From Bigelowiella natans CCMP2755 (Eukaryota > Protista > Cercozoa), in contig ADNK01001893.1 in the NCBI GenBank assembly GCA_000320545.1, positions 1 through 44,527 of the forward strand: a DNA stretch of 44,527 bases, given 5' to 3'. Below, piece by piece: positions 13,734-27,800 of the stretch. The position numbers and the translations under genes are program-made. Below the pieces are notes generated by a model that saw only the letters and a program-made list of their open reading frames with translations, did not search any database and had not been told where the DNA came from. Positions within the stretch are counted from its first letter, which is position 1; the number at the start of each line of letters is the position of its first letter.

Positions 13734-13940
13734 TTACATCCATGAGCCTGGCTGAGAATGATTTCCCAACCGGTCTCTTAGTACTATTCGTTGTTGCTGG
13801 ACGCTTTAGCTGCCCAAAGCAAAGGGTGGCGCTGCTCATCTGCCGCGCCTGAAGGGCCTTCTTTGGCGCCTTGCGACTGATAGAAACGCAATTTTATTCA
13901 ATATACAGAATCAAGGGTCAAGGGCAGCAGAGGCACATAC

Positions 13941-13976
<36 letters not shown>

Positions 13977-14925
13977 TGCCGCTGTATTTTGAGATAAGCA
14001 GATAGTGGTAGCAGGTCAATACCACCTTGAGTTGACAACCCATGATTTTCGGATCTCGAAGGGATTCGTATGGCTGTTGCTATCTCTTCTCTTCCTCAAC
14101 TGCACGGCAATGTGCAGCTCTCCTATGTTCGGTGCCTCCCTAGGCCTGAAATGATGCTCCGATGGAAGCTCCTACAAGTAGAGGACGACGAAGACGACAA
14201 GGGGGGGGGAGAGGAATGGGAGGCATGAGCGGATTAGAAGAGGTTATTAACGATATATTTACAACACCACACACACAACAAACACACACACACACACACA
14301 CACGCACACACACACAATATCATATGTTTAATATAGATATCATAGTTGGAGGGAGGGAGGCTCGAGAGAGAAGATATATGAGAGGCAAGAAGAGGTACAA
14401 CACTAATGCATAGGATGATGGGTTGATTGATTCTCCAACCTACCACGCTCAATCGGGACAAGTTATTCACACTGCCCCCCCTTTGCCTCCTCCTAATTGC
14501 TTCTTCCCCCCTCTCCACTCCCATCAGCACGGCAGAGGGAATGGCTTGCTCCGCCGCCATTGTGGAGGTGCCACTGAAGCTAGGAGCGAGAAAGACAAAA
14601 GAGAGAGGGTGAGAGAGAGAGGGTGAGAGAGGGTGAGAGGGTGAGAGAGAGAGAACAAGAGAGGGGTGGGCGAAACAGTGGAGAAGTTAAATATATGCAG
14701 CACCGATTCGAGGTTGTTCGTCAGAGATAAGGAAGAGTTACACACTACTTAAACCATGGTTTCTCTACTACTACAACTACTTACTACATGTCATGGTCTT
14801 CTCTGAATGCGCCTTTGGTCGCCATCATCGCAGCAGCCCTTCGTTGCAGCGGCTGGTTCCTGGTAAATGAAACAGAGGGAGGGAAGGGAGGAGGGGGGGG
14901 GTGACTTTAAGGAGCTGTACTTAAT

Positions 14926-15015
<90 letters not shown>

Positions 15016-15346
15016 CTTACTTATTTATTCAAATGCACATGTCCACCAATCCTCTCTTCATTTCCTACTTGATATTGCTGCTGCTGCTATCGGTGTATGT
15101 TCTTTCAGTAACTGGCTTGGATGTAATGACCAAGCAGCTCCTGTTCTTTGGCCCCCCCTTGTGGCCAAGCTTAAGACGAATATGCGCCGGTATGCCCCTC
15201 TCACCACCACGAGCACTCCATTTGGGAAAACAAGAAGATGGTGGCGATGTATTCATCATTTGCTGACGTAATAGCAAAGAGCAAGGGGGAGGGGGGGGGG
15301 TAGGGACAACACATAAGTGAATGAGATGACAGCACTACAATTGCTT

Positions 15347-15389
<43 letters not shown>

Positions 15390-17906
15390 CCTTTCATACA
15401 CACACACACACACACACACACATACACATACACACCTACCTTTATCTTCTCGCTCTTTACAAACACTGAGGATCTTTCCGAAAAGAGCTCGCGTTCCCTC
15501 GGCGTGTTTCCTGCAGCACAAACGAGAACGACAAAAGCAACAACGATAACAACAACAACAACAACAATTGAGTGTGAGTACAAAGCCGATGGATCGCCGA
15601 GCAACTGCTGACATCCCTTGCTTGTGCAACGACATTCCATATACAAATAATATACTCACCTTTATGCAAATTAGAAACACATATATCATTACCATCAATC
15701 ACAACTTCCGGCAGCAACTTCCATATCTTCATTATCATCATCATCTTATCTCAAACAACTACACGATATACCTACAGCGCCTATATCAGGCACATCCATT
15801 TCTAAGTCGTCATCCACCAGTCCATGCCATTGTCTCCGCAGGTAAGAGTCGGCCTCGTGAGACTCTGCCTCCTATGAATCAATTGCCGCAGGGTGAGGGG
15901 GGGGGGGGGGGTGTGATAAAATGAGGAGTATTGTGCAGCTATCTAATCACAAACTCCGATTGATTATATTTCCCATTTCTAAATATACATACGTGTACAC
16001 TATTAGTTCGGTCTCCAATTTTTGTGTAACATTCAAATCTCATTAGCATGACGACAACTTAGCATAATAGACGCGGCTCTGTCTTTGATTTAGGTAATTA
16101 ATTGACTTTGCCCTCTTCATCATCATCTTCTTTTTTCAACTATATTCGAGAGGTACAAGGTTGTCCTTCATTATCATCGTTAAACAGACTATTATCAGCT
16201 CATGCTGTCATTTAACTTACTTGCTCCTGCGACCCAAGATGAAAGAGCCCACTTCCACTCTCTTCAATGCCTCCATAGCGCCACCCCCCGCCCTTGGTAG
16301 CATTAGTAGAGGTGCGGTGGTGTTGCCGTTGCTGCACACTTCGTCTGTGGGCTGCTTGCTCCTGCTGCCGTTTGGCTGGTGAAACCCTTCTGGCCGATTG
16401 ACTCCCCCCCCTACCATCGAGTAGTTGTCTTGTAGTTGTGTTGGAACTCGCTGCTCTCCTCTCAGAAAGAATCTGCTGTTCAGTTTGTGGTGGTATTCCC
16501 AGATTGCTAAGTGTAAGATGCGCTATGCTTCTTCCAGCCTCCTCATCACGCCGCCTTGCTCCTTCTGCTGTAGCCTCTTGTTGTTCCAACTCATGCTGCC
16601 CCTCCCCCTCCTCTGTTGAGGCAATCCCATTATCGGCTGCTGTCGACTTCGGCGTCCTAGTATTTTTTCTGTTGCCCCCCCCCCCCCCTTCTCTTACTTT
16701 TGGAGAGGGCTTAGAAATCCTCATCTTGGAAATACCAAAGGCCAGGGTTCGCGACGCATCGTGGCTGCTGCTGGTGGTGGTGCTGATGATGATGATTAGC
16801 TTTTATGAATACAACATGAAAAGATGGGAGAAGAAAAATATAGTCATTTCATCGTAGGTCAGCATTTGCCTCCATCTCTGGATGTTGTTGCGGATGGACC
16901 TACAACTACTATTACTGCTACCTCCCCTTGGGGCTGCTTTGAGTTGTCGGACCCACATATTCGTCGTTCCCGTCGTCATTAGCAACCAGATCTCTCCAAT
17001 TTGGCTGCTGCTCGATTTTGTAGTATAGCGTAGTAGTGTACATGGCGGTACCCGATGGATGGAGGGAGAAGCAATGTGAATAATATGATGATGATGATTA
17101 TGATCTCTATACTACGGCAACACAACACCCCGCTACCCATCCAGATCCCCGCCAATAGAAATAAAAACGACAACCAACTGATTACTACTACTATTACTAC
17201 TACTTCTACTTACCTCAGCAAGTGAGGGGGGTTTATGATGATCTGGCGATGATCCATCAGCCTCCTCTCGAATTTTAATTAAAACGTTTGAAACGTTGTC
17301 CAATGCCCTCAACACCAAACGTGGAGGCTGAAGGCTGAGAAGAGTGTCTTTTCCTTCTTCCTCCCCTGTTTTTACAACAGAATTGCCGGTGCTAGTGCTA
17401 GTGGTGTTGACCTCCAAAATCTACAAAAACATGCAGAACCAAATCTATCAAAATATGCAGAACCAAATCCATCAAAACATAAGGATCCAAAGGAAAACAG
17501 GCACTCTATTGTCACAAGTTCTTTTCTAGTGTATCTACTGTTGGTCGAGCATAGGCAGAAACACCGCAGCCCCCCATCTCCACCTCCCCCACCCAGAAGG
17601 AAAAAAAAGGAGTTGTCCAGTGAGCAACCTTTCATACTCTCGTCATATTCGTGTAGTGGGATTTTATAAAACCCCTGCTGCAACAACAACGACAACTACT
17701 ACTACTACTGACAGTATAACCGCATCGCATAGATATGTGAGGAATAGGCCAGGCCCGACTCGTAGCTTTGAATCAACTTGCAATGCGTATTGCTGCATAT
17801 ATTCGCTGAATTTCTCGAACGTGATACTGATTATGTGGTAGTTAAATTTGCATGAGAAACGAATGGCGACTGTACGATCAGATTCCCATCCCCCCTCTAT
17901 CTTACG

Positions 17907-17944
<38 letters not shown>

Positions 17945-18600
17945 ATAACTGGGGTATGCGCTAACTTTCATCATAGCCCATCCCCATCGGAATCACCACC
18001 TCTTCATTTTTCCGTACTCCGCGTGCCATTCAGCATTTGCTAGCAGTGTGGCGTCCCCCAATAAAAATGGTGACTCAATCGCCATTGCCTTGGTAATGTG
18101 TACGTGGAGCTAACGTGTTGTAACATAAGAAGCACTACATCAGTCCACACAGTAGGACATGCTATTTGCGATCCAAAGTTAGTTGCTTTATCGTCAATGT
18201 ACGACGACGGGCTACTCACATTGACAAAAGCTTCCTTGTCAATAACTTTACCAAGCATATCCTTAGAATCGACCATTGCGTGTTTCTCATCCCCGCCCCC
18301 CAGCCCCAGCTGCTGCTGTGTGGCCGCCTTCCACAAGCCTTTCACAGCGTCTACAACGGACTTCTCCATTTGCTTTGAGATGGCTATTATATATTCTCCC
18401 TACTCTAATTTTATATTTTCCGTCCGTGCCCCAACATACTCGTATCCTGTGTAAGATTGGGTATTTGCTTTGATGAAAAATGTGGATGGTACACCTCATT
18501 ACTTTTTGACGAGGCAAACAGCTGCAAAAAAGGGATACATTTCACGGCCCATACCTCTCCGCTAAAATAGCACGTAGTTCCTTGCTGCAACCCGATTTTC
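11722..18600 (-). CDS. Large multi-exon protein of unknown function, C-terminal half basic and low-complexity; 5' end unresolved (may extend to ~18980)
   Basis: Long run of phase-matched exons between ~16750 and ~13440, e.g. ...SQEQ|EAESHEADSYLRRQWHG...|IWKLLPEVVIDG...|GNTPRERELFSER...|QMMNTSPP...|NQPLQRRAAAMM...|IFSGTSTMAAEQ...|ELPSEHHFRP...|SRKAPKKALQ...|GSLSTKKSL. The inferred last exon ends ...RRKAWD* at 11722. No family recognised, and joins at both ends are less certain. Confidence 0.6.
17415..17481 (+). repeat. 24-bp minisatellite, about 2.5 copies (ATGCAGAACCAAATCTATCAAAAT-like), probably intronic
   Basis: Direct tandem copies are visible at 17431-17454 and 17455-17478. Confidence 0.8.
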
Positions 18601-19105
18601 GATTAAAACGTATTACGAGGGTAGGCGGTGGCTGCGGATACGAAGAAGACTGTGCACGTAACTGCTTTTGTCAGTTGGGAGGGGGTTGCAGTTGGAAAGT
18701 TTATTTCATCTTAATAGCATCAAACTGCTCGTCGCACCCTCAATAAGCCAACCTATTCTCAGCTAAACCAAACGCCTGCTGTGCCGCTGGTCCGACAAGC
18801 AGATTGCGTGTCTCATCCAAATAAAAAAGCGTTGAATTTGTACAAATTCTTTGCCGCAGCTGGCGGACGGGCCGGATGTTGTGTTGTCGCAAGGCGAAGA
18901 AAACTGAGATTTTATCGCATGGAGATCGGCTTTTAGGTTGTACAGTTCGTGCCCATGCCAAGGGAGACTTGGAGCATGCGACAACTCCTCGAATCAAAAT
19001 GTAATGGGAATTGGCCTGGATTCTGGTACAGCAATTCTCTTCCGAAGCAGCAATTCTCTTCCGAAGATTCCAGCGACGCCTCCACATAACTCACATCGTA
19101 CCACG

Positions 19106-19400
19106 ATGGCGGTGAGCTTGCACGGGGTTTCTACAGCCCCCTCCCTGCACCGTGTTCGCATTCCAGACGATGTTAAAGCCGGCCAACCTTTTAACGTTGT
19201 GGTCGATGGGAAGACCTACCAGTTGAGGGCTCCTCAGCACTTGAAGCCAGGAGAAGAAATGACATTTCAGCTCGCCGCAACGACGACCCCGCAGGTTGCT
19301 TCTGAACTTTCTTTCAAACGTGATTTGCTGCTTTCTTTCACAGGATTATGCAAATAATTATAATACCTGTATGTAACATATATATGTATATAGAAAAATA

Positions 19401-19437
<37 letters not shown>

Positions 19438-20761
19438 CGAATGCAGGTCAGTAGGCCATTATCGGCAGCATCTCAAAATCATCACCGCAGCCAGCATTCT
19501 GTGCAGATCACAAGTGATGGCAAAGTAGTACCAGAATCAATGAATAACACCCGTTCGCAATATCCCCCTCCTCCGCAATACCACGACGAAATCCTCAAAT
19601 ATTACGACTATACCCAGTGTTGCTTCACGATGGATAGGTAGTCACTGGTACCGTTTTCCAACTGAATTTGTGCGTCGACTCTAATGCGCGCATGTGTGTT
19701 GCTAGATTCAACTACTTGCCCGTACGCAACAACCGCGTTGCATTCATGCAAGTTGGCTTATGGGGTTCTAAAGTAAGAAGATCTATCCATGTGCAGAGAT
19801 CATATTAAAACCTGCTGGTTTTACCATCTGAAGCTTGTGCCCCCACCCCCCCCAACTGAACAGCCTGGCACGTATGACACAGCCGCATATTCCTTCACAA
19901 AAGTGCGAATATCACCTGCTCTGAAGCAAAAAGTTGAGGCAACAGATGCTGATATCATCGTGGTAATAGTTGTATTGATCGTAGGAATATCAGGGAGTGA
20001 GTGCCAAATCAGAAATATTACCTAGAAAATCATATAGAAAAGCATTTCTAGTACACTCTCAACCCCCTACAACACGAAGACTTTAAACCAATCATCTGCA
20101 AAAAAACAAAGTGTTTTCATTGTACTCTCATCGATGAGGGCGATGAATATTCTTCATTCAGATTGATATTAAAGACCATCCAATAGTCGATGATGTTGTT
20201 GCAAAATACTCGATAAACGGCGGCTCAGCTCAGAGAACATCCTCCCGTATCACTTTCATAAGGAAAGAACCGCATTTATGTACAGGTAATATTTGTTTCT
20301 CTGGAAGTAGCGATAGATTACCTCAGTTTTTTTAAACCTCAATCTTTTCCGTATCATTCGACAAAGAAGCTTCCCTGATTCCAACCTTACTTTCTCCATC
20401 ATAATTACTCAGGCTGCTGCCTGATCGGATACGTTCACTGTATGGTCTTCACAATCGTGTGCATTCCGTGTGCTATTGTAATCGGCCGCAATCCGCCTCG
20501 AGCGACACAACTCACAAACTGTTACAGGTAGAGAGACAAAAGAACGTGGCGTTTCCTCTGGCAGCATCATCATATGACAGATACTTGTTGCAATAACGTG
20601 TTGTTTGATGTGGATTTGAATTCAGTTTGGCTCAGATCAGCATCAATCGTTACTCGGACGTACAGTCTCTTGACGTGGCAAGCAGCGTTGCGGGTGGAGC
20701 AGCTTCTGTTGCTGCCGCGATGGGTGGCAATGGAGAGCTGCGACAAGGATCGATGGCTTGA
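19106..20761 (+). CDS. 7-exon protein with an N-terminal 'IPxxxxAG...APxxxxPG' beta-module and a Cys-rich hydrophobic segment; function unknown
   Basis: Exons 19106-19294, 19447-19637, 19706-19772, 19864-19902, 20162-20285, 20413-20527 and 20626-20761 are all GT-AG and phase-consistent. The protein contains RVRIPDDVKAGQPFNVVVDGKTYQLRAPQHLKPGEEMTFQL and LCTGCCLIGYVHCMVFTIVCIPCAIVIG. Confidence 0.8.
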
Positions 20762-21296
20762 AAGATTGCCGAGAATGAACTACACATATGCGCTGTTACG
20801 TTCCAGCATTGATGTGCAACATGATCATTTTTGTTCGCTTTTGCAAAAGATTTGAGCTGCACCTCGGAGTAACATGCTAGCTCAATTGCCAGCGCTTACA
20901 TTCTGCGTGCTAGCGTGGCATGTGGCTGTCTGCAATCGTGCAATGGCTGCGCAGGTGAAGTTGTGATGATCACGTCCAAATGCATGGAGGCTGTGCTGCT
21001 AACGCTTTTGCGCAACATCCATCACATGGAAATTTGAGTGCGAAGCGGGCTGCTGTGCTGTTCACCCTTTGGTTATTCCGTCTAGTGTCCTTCTTTCATG
21101 CAACGTTCTACCGCACTTGATAATTCCACTGATGCAATTCACCTATCAGCCAGCTCATCACGTTCAGCAATCATTTTGACGTCGCTACATGCGGGACATA
21201 GCTAGATAGGCTACATAACTACAATGAATTTGATATTTGATTTTTAGATTTACACGTACTAGAAGTGAGAGAGAATAACAGGAAACACGGGCTAGA

Positions 21297-21343
<47 letters not shown>

Positions 21344-21437
21344 AGAAAAAGTATACATGTCTAGACATTATGGTTGATCATGGACGTGAGGAATACACAA
21401 GTATTGCAATGCTTTTATCAGGATGTCAACGGCAATG

Positions 21438-22544
21438 TCACACTACACTACTTTGACTTTCTGTTCTTGCTTTCAATTTGAGAGTAGCATCGTCCTTGTG
21501 GGCGCCGTGAAATTTATCGTCTTCTTCGCCGTCTTTAGATTCGTTAGCGTCATCACTGCTGCTTCTAATCCCCCCACTTCGTTTAGTTAGAATGCTATTG
21601 CTTACAGCATTTCCATCCCCCGCAGCAAACATAGCTACTTCGTCTACCCCTTTCTCTTCCTCCTCCTCTTCCTCCTCCTCCTCGTCATCATCATCATCTA
21701 TAACAAACGTGGGCGATTTCTCACTGCTTCTCTTCAGACTGGTCTCCGCCTCCTCCTCCTCCTCCTCCCCCTCCTCCTCCTCCCCCTCCTCCTCCTCCCC
21801 CTCGTCCTCCTTACGCTTCTGCTGGAGAGGGGTATGACCACTAGTGCTGCCGTCGGCCTTTCTACTGATTCCAAAGTAGCTCAAGCTGCTCCAGATGCTA
21901 CTGCTCTTTCGAGCACTACTGCTATTACTATCACCACCATTGTTTTCCCCGTCACCAACAGCAGCGGTGGCACCCTTTTCTTCTAGATTCTGCCGGCGAC
22001 CATCCCCCCCCCCCTGATTGTGCTCCTCCTTCCCATCCCTCCCCCCCTGTTGTTGCTGTGATGCGAATGGATGGGGCTCTGGTGGTGGGGGGGGCTTGGT
22101 TGATACCCAGGCATCTATTTCTTCCTCCTCCTTTCGAAGCAGCATTGAAGTCTCCTCCTCAGTAGGAAGCACTAGGAGGAGGGGGAGGAGGAGGAGGAGG
22201 AGGAGGAGGACAGCCCGGAAATAGCAGTAAAAACCATGCAACAAGTAACATTGTGATCGATCATGAGAATCGCCGATTTGGAAGGACGGAGGGGGGGGGG
22301 GGGGGGAAGAGGGGCAGCAGGTGTTCTTCCTTTCTCATGGCTAATCGAGCACTAATCCCCACTCCTCCTGCCCCTCGTTTATTATCATGACCGAACCTTT
22401 GCCATATGTCTTCCTCAAACGCTCTTGCAGCCGATTGAGGTCCCTGTTCCAGTAGAAGGACACTATAGGCTCGACTCCTTATTTGTAATCGTGATAATCC
22501 AAGTCAGTGATATCATCAGATATATGATATATGATATATGATAT

Positions 22545-22594
<50 letters not shown>

Positions 22595-23040
22595 TCTCGG
22601 AACAATCTACAACTCAGCCAAGGCGTCGTCGCTCGTAGCGTATCATTCGATCATCTCATTTGTTGTTACTTCAGCCCTTTGGTTCTTAATGCGAGCAGCG
22701 TGGCGTGGTACTACCTGCCAATTTTTCAGGGGCATTTTGACGGTAAAACAGCTGCAATCGCTCTCTCAGTCTTTGCTTGACCTGGTGCGGAGCTACGATT
22801 GCTGGTTGCTCTGCAGGGGGGGGGGGGGGATTGGAATAAGAAAACGGTTAATAATCTTTGTTCTCTTTCGGGTCTCTTCGTATTAATATGCTACATATAC
22901 AGCAAGAGAGAAAGAGAGAGAAGGGGGGGGGGGAGATAGAGAATATTTCAACAGATATAGCGATTGATAACCCAATGAAACTCACCTCTCTCCGCTTTCA
23001 TTTCTATAGACGAAATGACACCAACAGGAAGGATAACGAG

Positions 23041-23075
<35 letters not shown>

Positions 23076-23325
23076 CCAGGGACACTAAGGGGGGGAGGGG
23101 GGCTGGGCGGACCGGAGAGGCAGGCTGCAAGGATATATTCATTAAGAAATAGCAATAGAGGGAGGGGAGGGGAGGGGAGGGGAGGGGAGGGGGGCAAGAA
23201 GGAAAAAGGAGCAGAAAGGTCTACTAGAATGGCAGAAACGAAATATGATGATGAGTGATCATCCTTCTTCTTCTTCTTCTTCTTCTTCTCTTCCTTCTTC
23301 TCCTTATCTCAGTAAAGCAATAAGA

Positions 23326-23375
<50 letters not shown>

Positions 23376-24193
23376 CGTGCTACTCCTCCTCCTCCTCCTC
23401 CTCCTCCAACCTCATGTTCTTCCTTTGCTGCCTCAAGAGCCTTTATGAGCTCATTCTGCTTCGCTGTTATGGGGCTTGCGCTGCTTTGGTTGTTAGTGCT
23501 ATGGACACCAGCAGCACCACCACCATCATCCCCATTGCGCACCGCCATCTTAGCTTCATCACCACTATTACAACGACTAATCCCCGTTTGTTTCCTATCG
23601 GTTTGCTGCCCAAGTTTCTCCCGCTCTCGTGAGTAGGCCGCATTATTAGCCTCCTCCTCCTTCTCTTCATCGCTACCAGCCCCTGCTCCCTTACCTGCTA
23701 TTGCCTTCAAATCCACACCTATATTGCCACCATCAGCACCAGCTGCTTCTTCCTTCAGATCACAAGTTGAGCCTTCTGTTTGCTGCTGCTGTCTCAGGAG
23801 GTGCTTTTGGCGTTGTAGTACGCTCCTCCTCCTCCTCCTTGCCTCTTCCTTCTCCTCAAGTTCTCGAATAACTGAAGACAAATCCCCAACGATATGCCCC
23901 GCTGCGGCCTCCAAGAGCGACAGACTAACAGAACAAGCGCCACAACCGCCGCCGGGGAGGCGGATCGAATCACGTGAGGAGGAGGAGGACGACGAGGAGG
24001 AGGAGGCAACGACGTCTTTCTCACCAAGCAGCGCGCGCGCCCACCAATGTATGCACATGTACATGCGTAAATTATATTCATATAAGCAGGTAGCGAGGGC
24101 ATTAAAAGGGATTAGTGAGTCACCTCAGCCCTGTTTGGCCGTGGTGGGTTATTGAGCATGGCAGAGCGTTCTGCATCAACTGGCGAGGGGGGA

Positions 24194-24234
<41 letters not shown>

Positions 24235-24842
24235 GAGATATAACTGCTTTCAGACTCGATGATACTCTGACTATTCTATGCTCATATTGCGGGAGGCTAA
24301 GACAGACGGGGGGGGAGGAGGGGGTAGGGGGGGAGCAGAAAGGCAAATCGTAATGCGTCTTGATAATGTGTCTTCGTCAGAGATGAGAAGCAGAGAGGAG
24401 GGGTAGTGTGTACGTGCTATAACCCTCAGTATTATACTTAGTAGTAGCGTCGGAAGAAGAAAGTGGAGAAATGCTAGTAGACGTCATCTCACCCATATGT
24501 AGAACGGCAGCTTTGGCACACTTGCACCTGCTCTCGCAGTTACCCATACAATCTGATAATACAATGACAATGATGGTGATGATGGTGATGATGGTGATGA
24601 TGATAATAATAATAATAATAATGATGATGATAACATGTCAATGATATACCGTAAATGATGCAGTGCAAAATTAGTGGTATCATGAGTAGTAGAAGCAGCA
24701 GCAGCAGCATTTGGTAGTTGTAATCGTAGCATTATTTGCAGAAATGATGCCTATTACTACCAAGGGGAATAGCTGATCAGCGTTCGGTTCAACCTCTGAC
24801 ATATCGATATCATGGGGAAGAAGTCAGAAGATGCAGCAGCAG

Positions 24843-24874
<32 letters not shown>

Positions 24875-27800
24875 AACTATCATCATCATCATCATCATCA
24901 ATGAGCATGATACAGAGAAAGGAGCACAAGATAACACGACTATTGACCTTCCGCTGGGCCGCTTGCTCGGCATATCTCCTCCCCCGTCATCATCGCACTC
25001 GACGACGATTCCACCGCACATGATGACAATCTCCCACGACTGCTTTTGCTGCTGCTGTGGGCAGTGTTAGTAGCAGTAGGAGCAGTCGGTATGGGCTCTC
25101 CTCTAGTAGTAGAAGAAGAGGAAGAAGAGGAATCGAGTCTTCTTTTGTCACGCTCTTTTGTTTCTGTTTCAACTTCTCCGTGCTCTTCTTCTGCTCCTCC
25201 TGTCCTGTCTTGTTCTCCATGGCATCCGTTGTTCTGGTCCCCCCCCCCCCCCCCTGGTTCTTCGCAGCATGGGGATCTGTGCTGGTCGCAGCAGCGGCAG
25301 CATCCGCTGCGTAAGGTTGAGAGGAAGAACGACAGGACGATAACAAAAGGTCAAAAAATGACGAAACGACGTGCGGTGCTGTCGTTGCTGAATAACGATC
25401 TTGGGTAGGCAGCTATTGAGGAAGGGTGGCGGGAGGGGGGTGAGAGAGGAGGAAGAATACTGTATGTATATCCTTTTACGAGAGCAAATTATGCATCTTT
25501 TCTATACTACCATTGGAAATAACTGAGTCTTCTTCTCCTCCTTCTTCTCCTTCTTCTTCTTGCCCGTTTTGAGGGGAAGATGTACTTGCATTTAACGTCC
25601 ATCTAGCTCCAACATACTCGAGCACAGAACGGCATATTACCCGTCCGCCTTTCGATATCATCATCACGCATCAGTAGCAAGAGAAGAGGAGGAGGAAGAT
25701 ATACTTTGTCTCAATACGTGCACGGAGAATGATGGTGGTGGATGATGACGAAAACAGCGGCTTTGAAGCAATACCCAGTTGATGGTTGCACAGGGACGTT
25801 GCGACCCCTCCTAAGTAAATCCGCCTGATTTTGGTAACATAATAGGCTATGAATATAACAACAACAACAACAATGATGATGATGACGATGATGATGATGA
25901 TGAGATAAAGATCATTAACACTAATAGCAAACACGACTCCTTTAACAACAACCATCTCAGCGTGAGTTTCTTCTTAGCTGTAGACGAAATGAGCTCCATC
26001 GTTTGGTAAACAGCTGCAGTTAGCAGGGAGGAAGGGACCGCAGGGAAAGGAATAGGGGGGGGGGTGGCGAAGAAAGCAGAATCGAAAGTAAATACACAAA
26101 ACGAAATCGCGCGTATTCACGCTAACTACTCTCTTGGAGGTGTTGGATGGAGAAAACGACAAGACGGCGTGCAGTACAAATCCTACATCCACTTCTGCTC
26201 TCTCTCTCTCTCGTTGCCAACATGCGGATTGCTATCACCGGAGAATCAAATCAATCTCCCCGAACATATGCGACGCACTACTACACGACGAAGAACGCAC
26301 CACGCCATGGTAGTAAACAACATAGGGAAGAACGAATGGGCGAGAATCATACTACTATAGGATTCATGGACATTAGCGTTGAGAGCCCTTGCTTTCGCTA
26401 ATCTCTCTCTATCTCTCTCTCGCTCTCCATCCCCCTTTTCTACTACCTTGAAGCATATCCCAAGGGCAAACCACCTTCACAGTAAACAAGGACGAACGAG
26501 GACGTAGCGATGCGTAGAGGGGGGGGGGGGGGGAGGGGTTGGGGGGAAGGAGGAACAACGCGGATTGTTGAAGGGCGAGAATGAGTGAGTATCACCTTGC
26601 CAGTGCTTCTTCAATATATAGCATTATAGCAGCACTAGAGCAATATACATCAATGACATCGAACGCCATTCTACAATATGTTATTGATTCACTTACATTT
26701 ATTGCTCCTCCTCCTGCTGCCACTCCGCCTCCAACCCCCCCCTCCCCCGCGGCGCTCCCTTGGATATTAGCACCGATACTGCTCAGTTTTGCCACGGCGG
26801 CGCTGTAGTCTGGAGAAGGACTGATTTGCCTTATTCGTGCTATCATCAGTTCTTCTGCTGAGGATGGGGGGGCAGCAGCGTTAGTGCTTTCTTGCCGGTT
26901 TGACACCTTGCTGCCACCATCATCATCACCCCTGCCGCTATCATCGATCTCGCTGCGACGAATGAGAATATCTACTTGTTGAGACGGGGGATGAGCTTGA
27001 TCGATGAGCTTGCTGTCTATCTCCAGGGCCTTCTCAGCGTCACGAAGCTCTACACAAGCACGATTGAACAATACACGCGCGCGCGCACACACACACAAAC
27101 ACACAACACACGTACACGCACTCTTATCCAAACTCTCACAGATGGCCCTGATCAATTTTATCATATTTCTCTACTACTAGTAGTACTACTGCCCATACTC
27201 TCCTTCAATATGCAGACCGTTCCTCTGTTCTCCCCCCTCCCCTCCCCCCCCCCCCGTGGACATCACCTCTGGGAATACTGAGGGCATTTGAGGAAAAGCG
27301 GTTGGTTTTCGCTAGAACGAGGGGCGGGGTGAGGGTCTCGAGAGAGTCAACGATTTGAGGGTGTAGGCATCGTTCCACCTAGGCAGATGAATAGAAGGGG
27401 GTAAAGCAGAGAGCAGAGATTAGGATGGAGGGTGGGGGGGAGGGGGGGGGGTTAGAAAGGATATCTAGATATAGAGAAACGTACCTCGAGCCTCAACACC
27501 ATAGCTCCCATTTCTTCGAATTTACCCAGGTTATAGCTAAAAATATGCGTATTGTTGTTAAAGGAGGGAGAGGAGGGGGGGGGGGGGGGTCGGAGAAGGG
27601 GGTAATATCATGTTTGTGTAAGCACCGAATACGATGAAACGATGAAAGTGAGGAAATTGATAACACTCTCAGCAGGGTATTTATCGATAAATCGTCTGCT
27701 ACACACTCGCAAGATGGATCATCATTGCGGCGGTTGGTTGGTTGGTTGGTTGGTTGGTTGGCTAGTTGCTGCTACCGTTTGACGAGTTGAGCCGCTAATT

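Noticed and set aside
15778-15842. Plus-strand RLYQAHPFLSRHPPVHAIVSAG flanked by AG/GT, resembling the JmjC PxF...VxxGE motif
   Set aside because: It lies antisense to a phase-consistent exon of the minus-strand gene, and no other JmjC exons are nearby.
16860-18150. Possible XRCC4/XLF/PAXX-like head motifs (VVLLML...W, IWLLMTTGTTNMWVRQL)
   Set aside because: The resemblance is weak and exon phases in this part could not be resolved. It needs HHpred on a cDNA-derived protein.
13187-18554. Candidate ultra-short introns of 35 nt (13187-13221) and 33 nt (18522-18554)
   Set aside because: Alternative models keep the frame without them (a direct phase-0 join; in-frame read-through), so the sequence does not require them.
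19029-19066. 19-bp tandem duplication CAGCAATTCTCTTCCGAAG x2 and other short direct repeats considered as CRISPR-like or TE termini
   Set aside because: Only two adjacent copies with no spacers. No cas, transposase or reverse transcriptase motif was seen in the window, and the context is eukaryotic.
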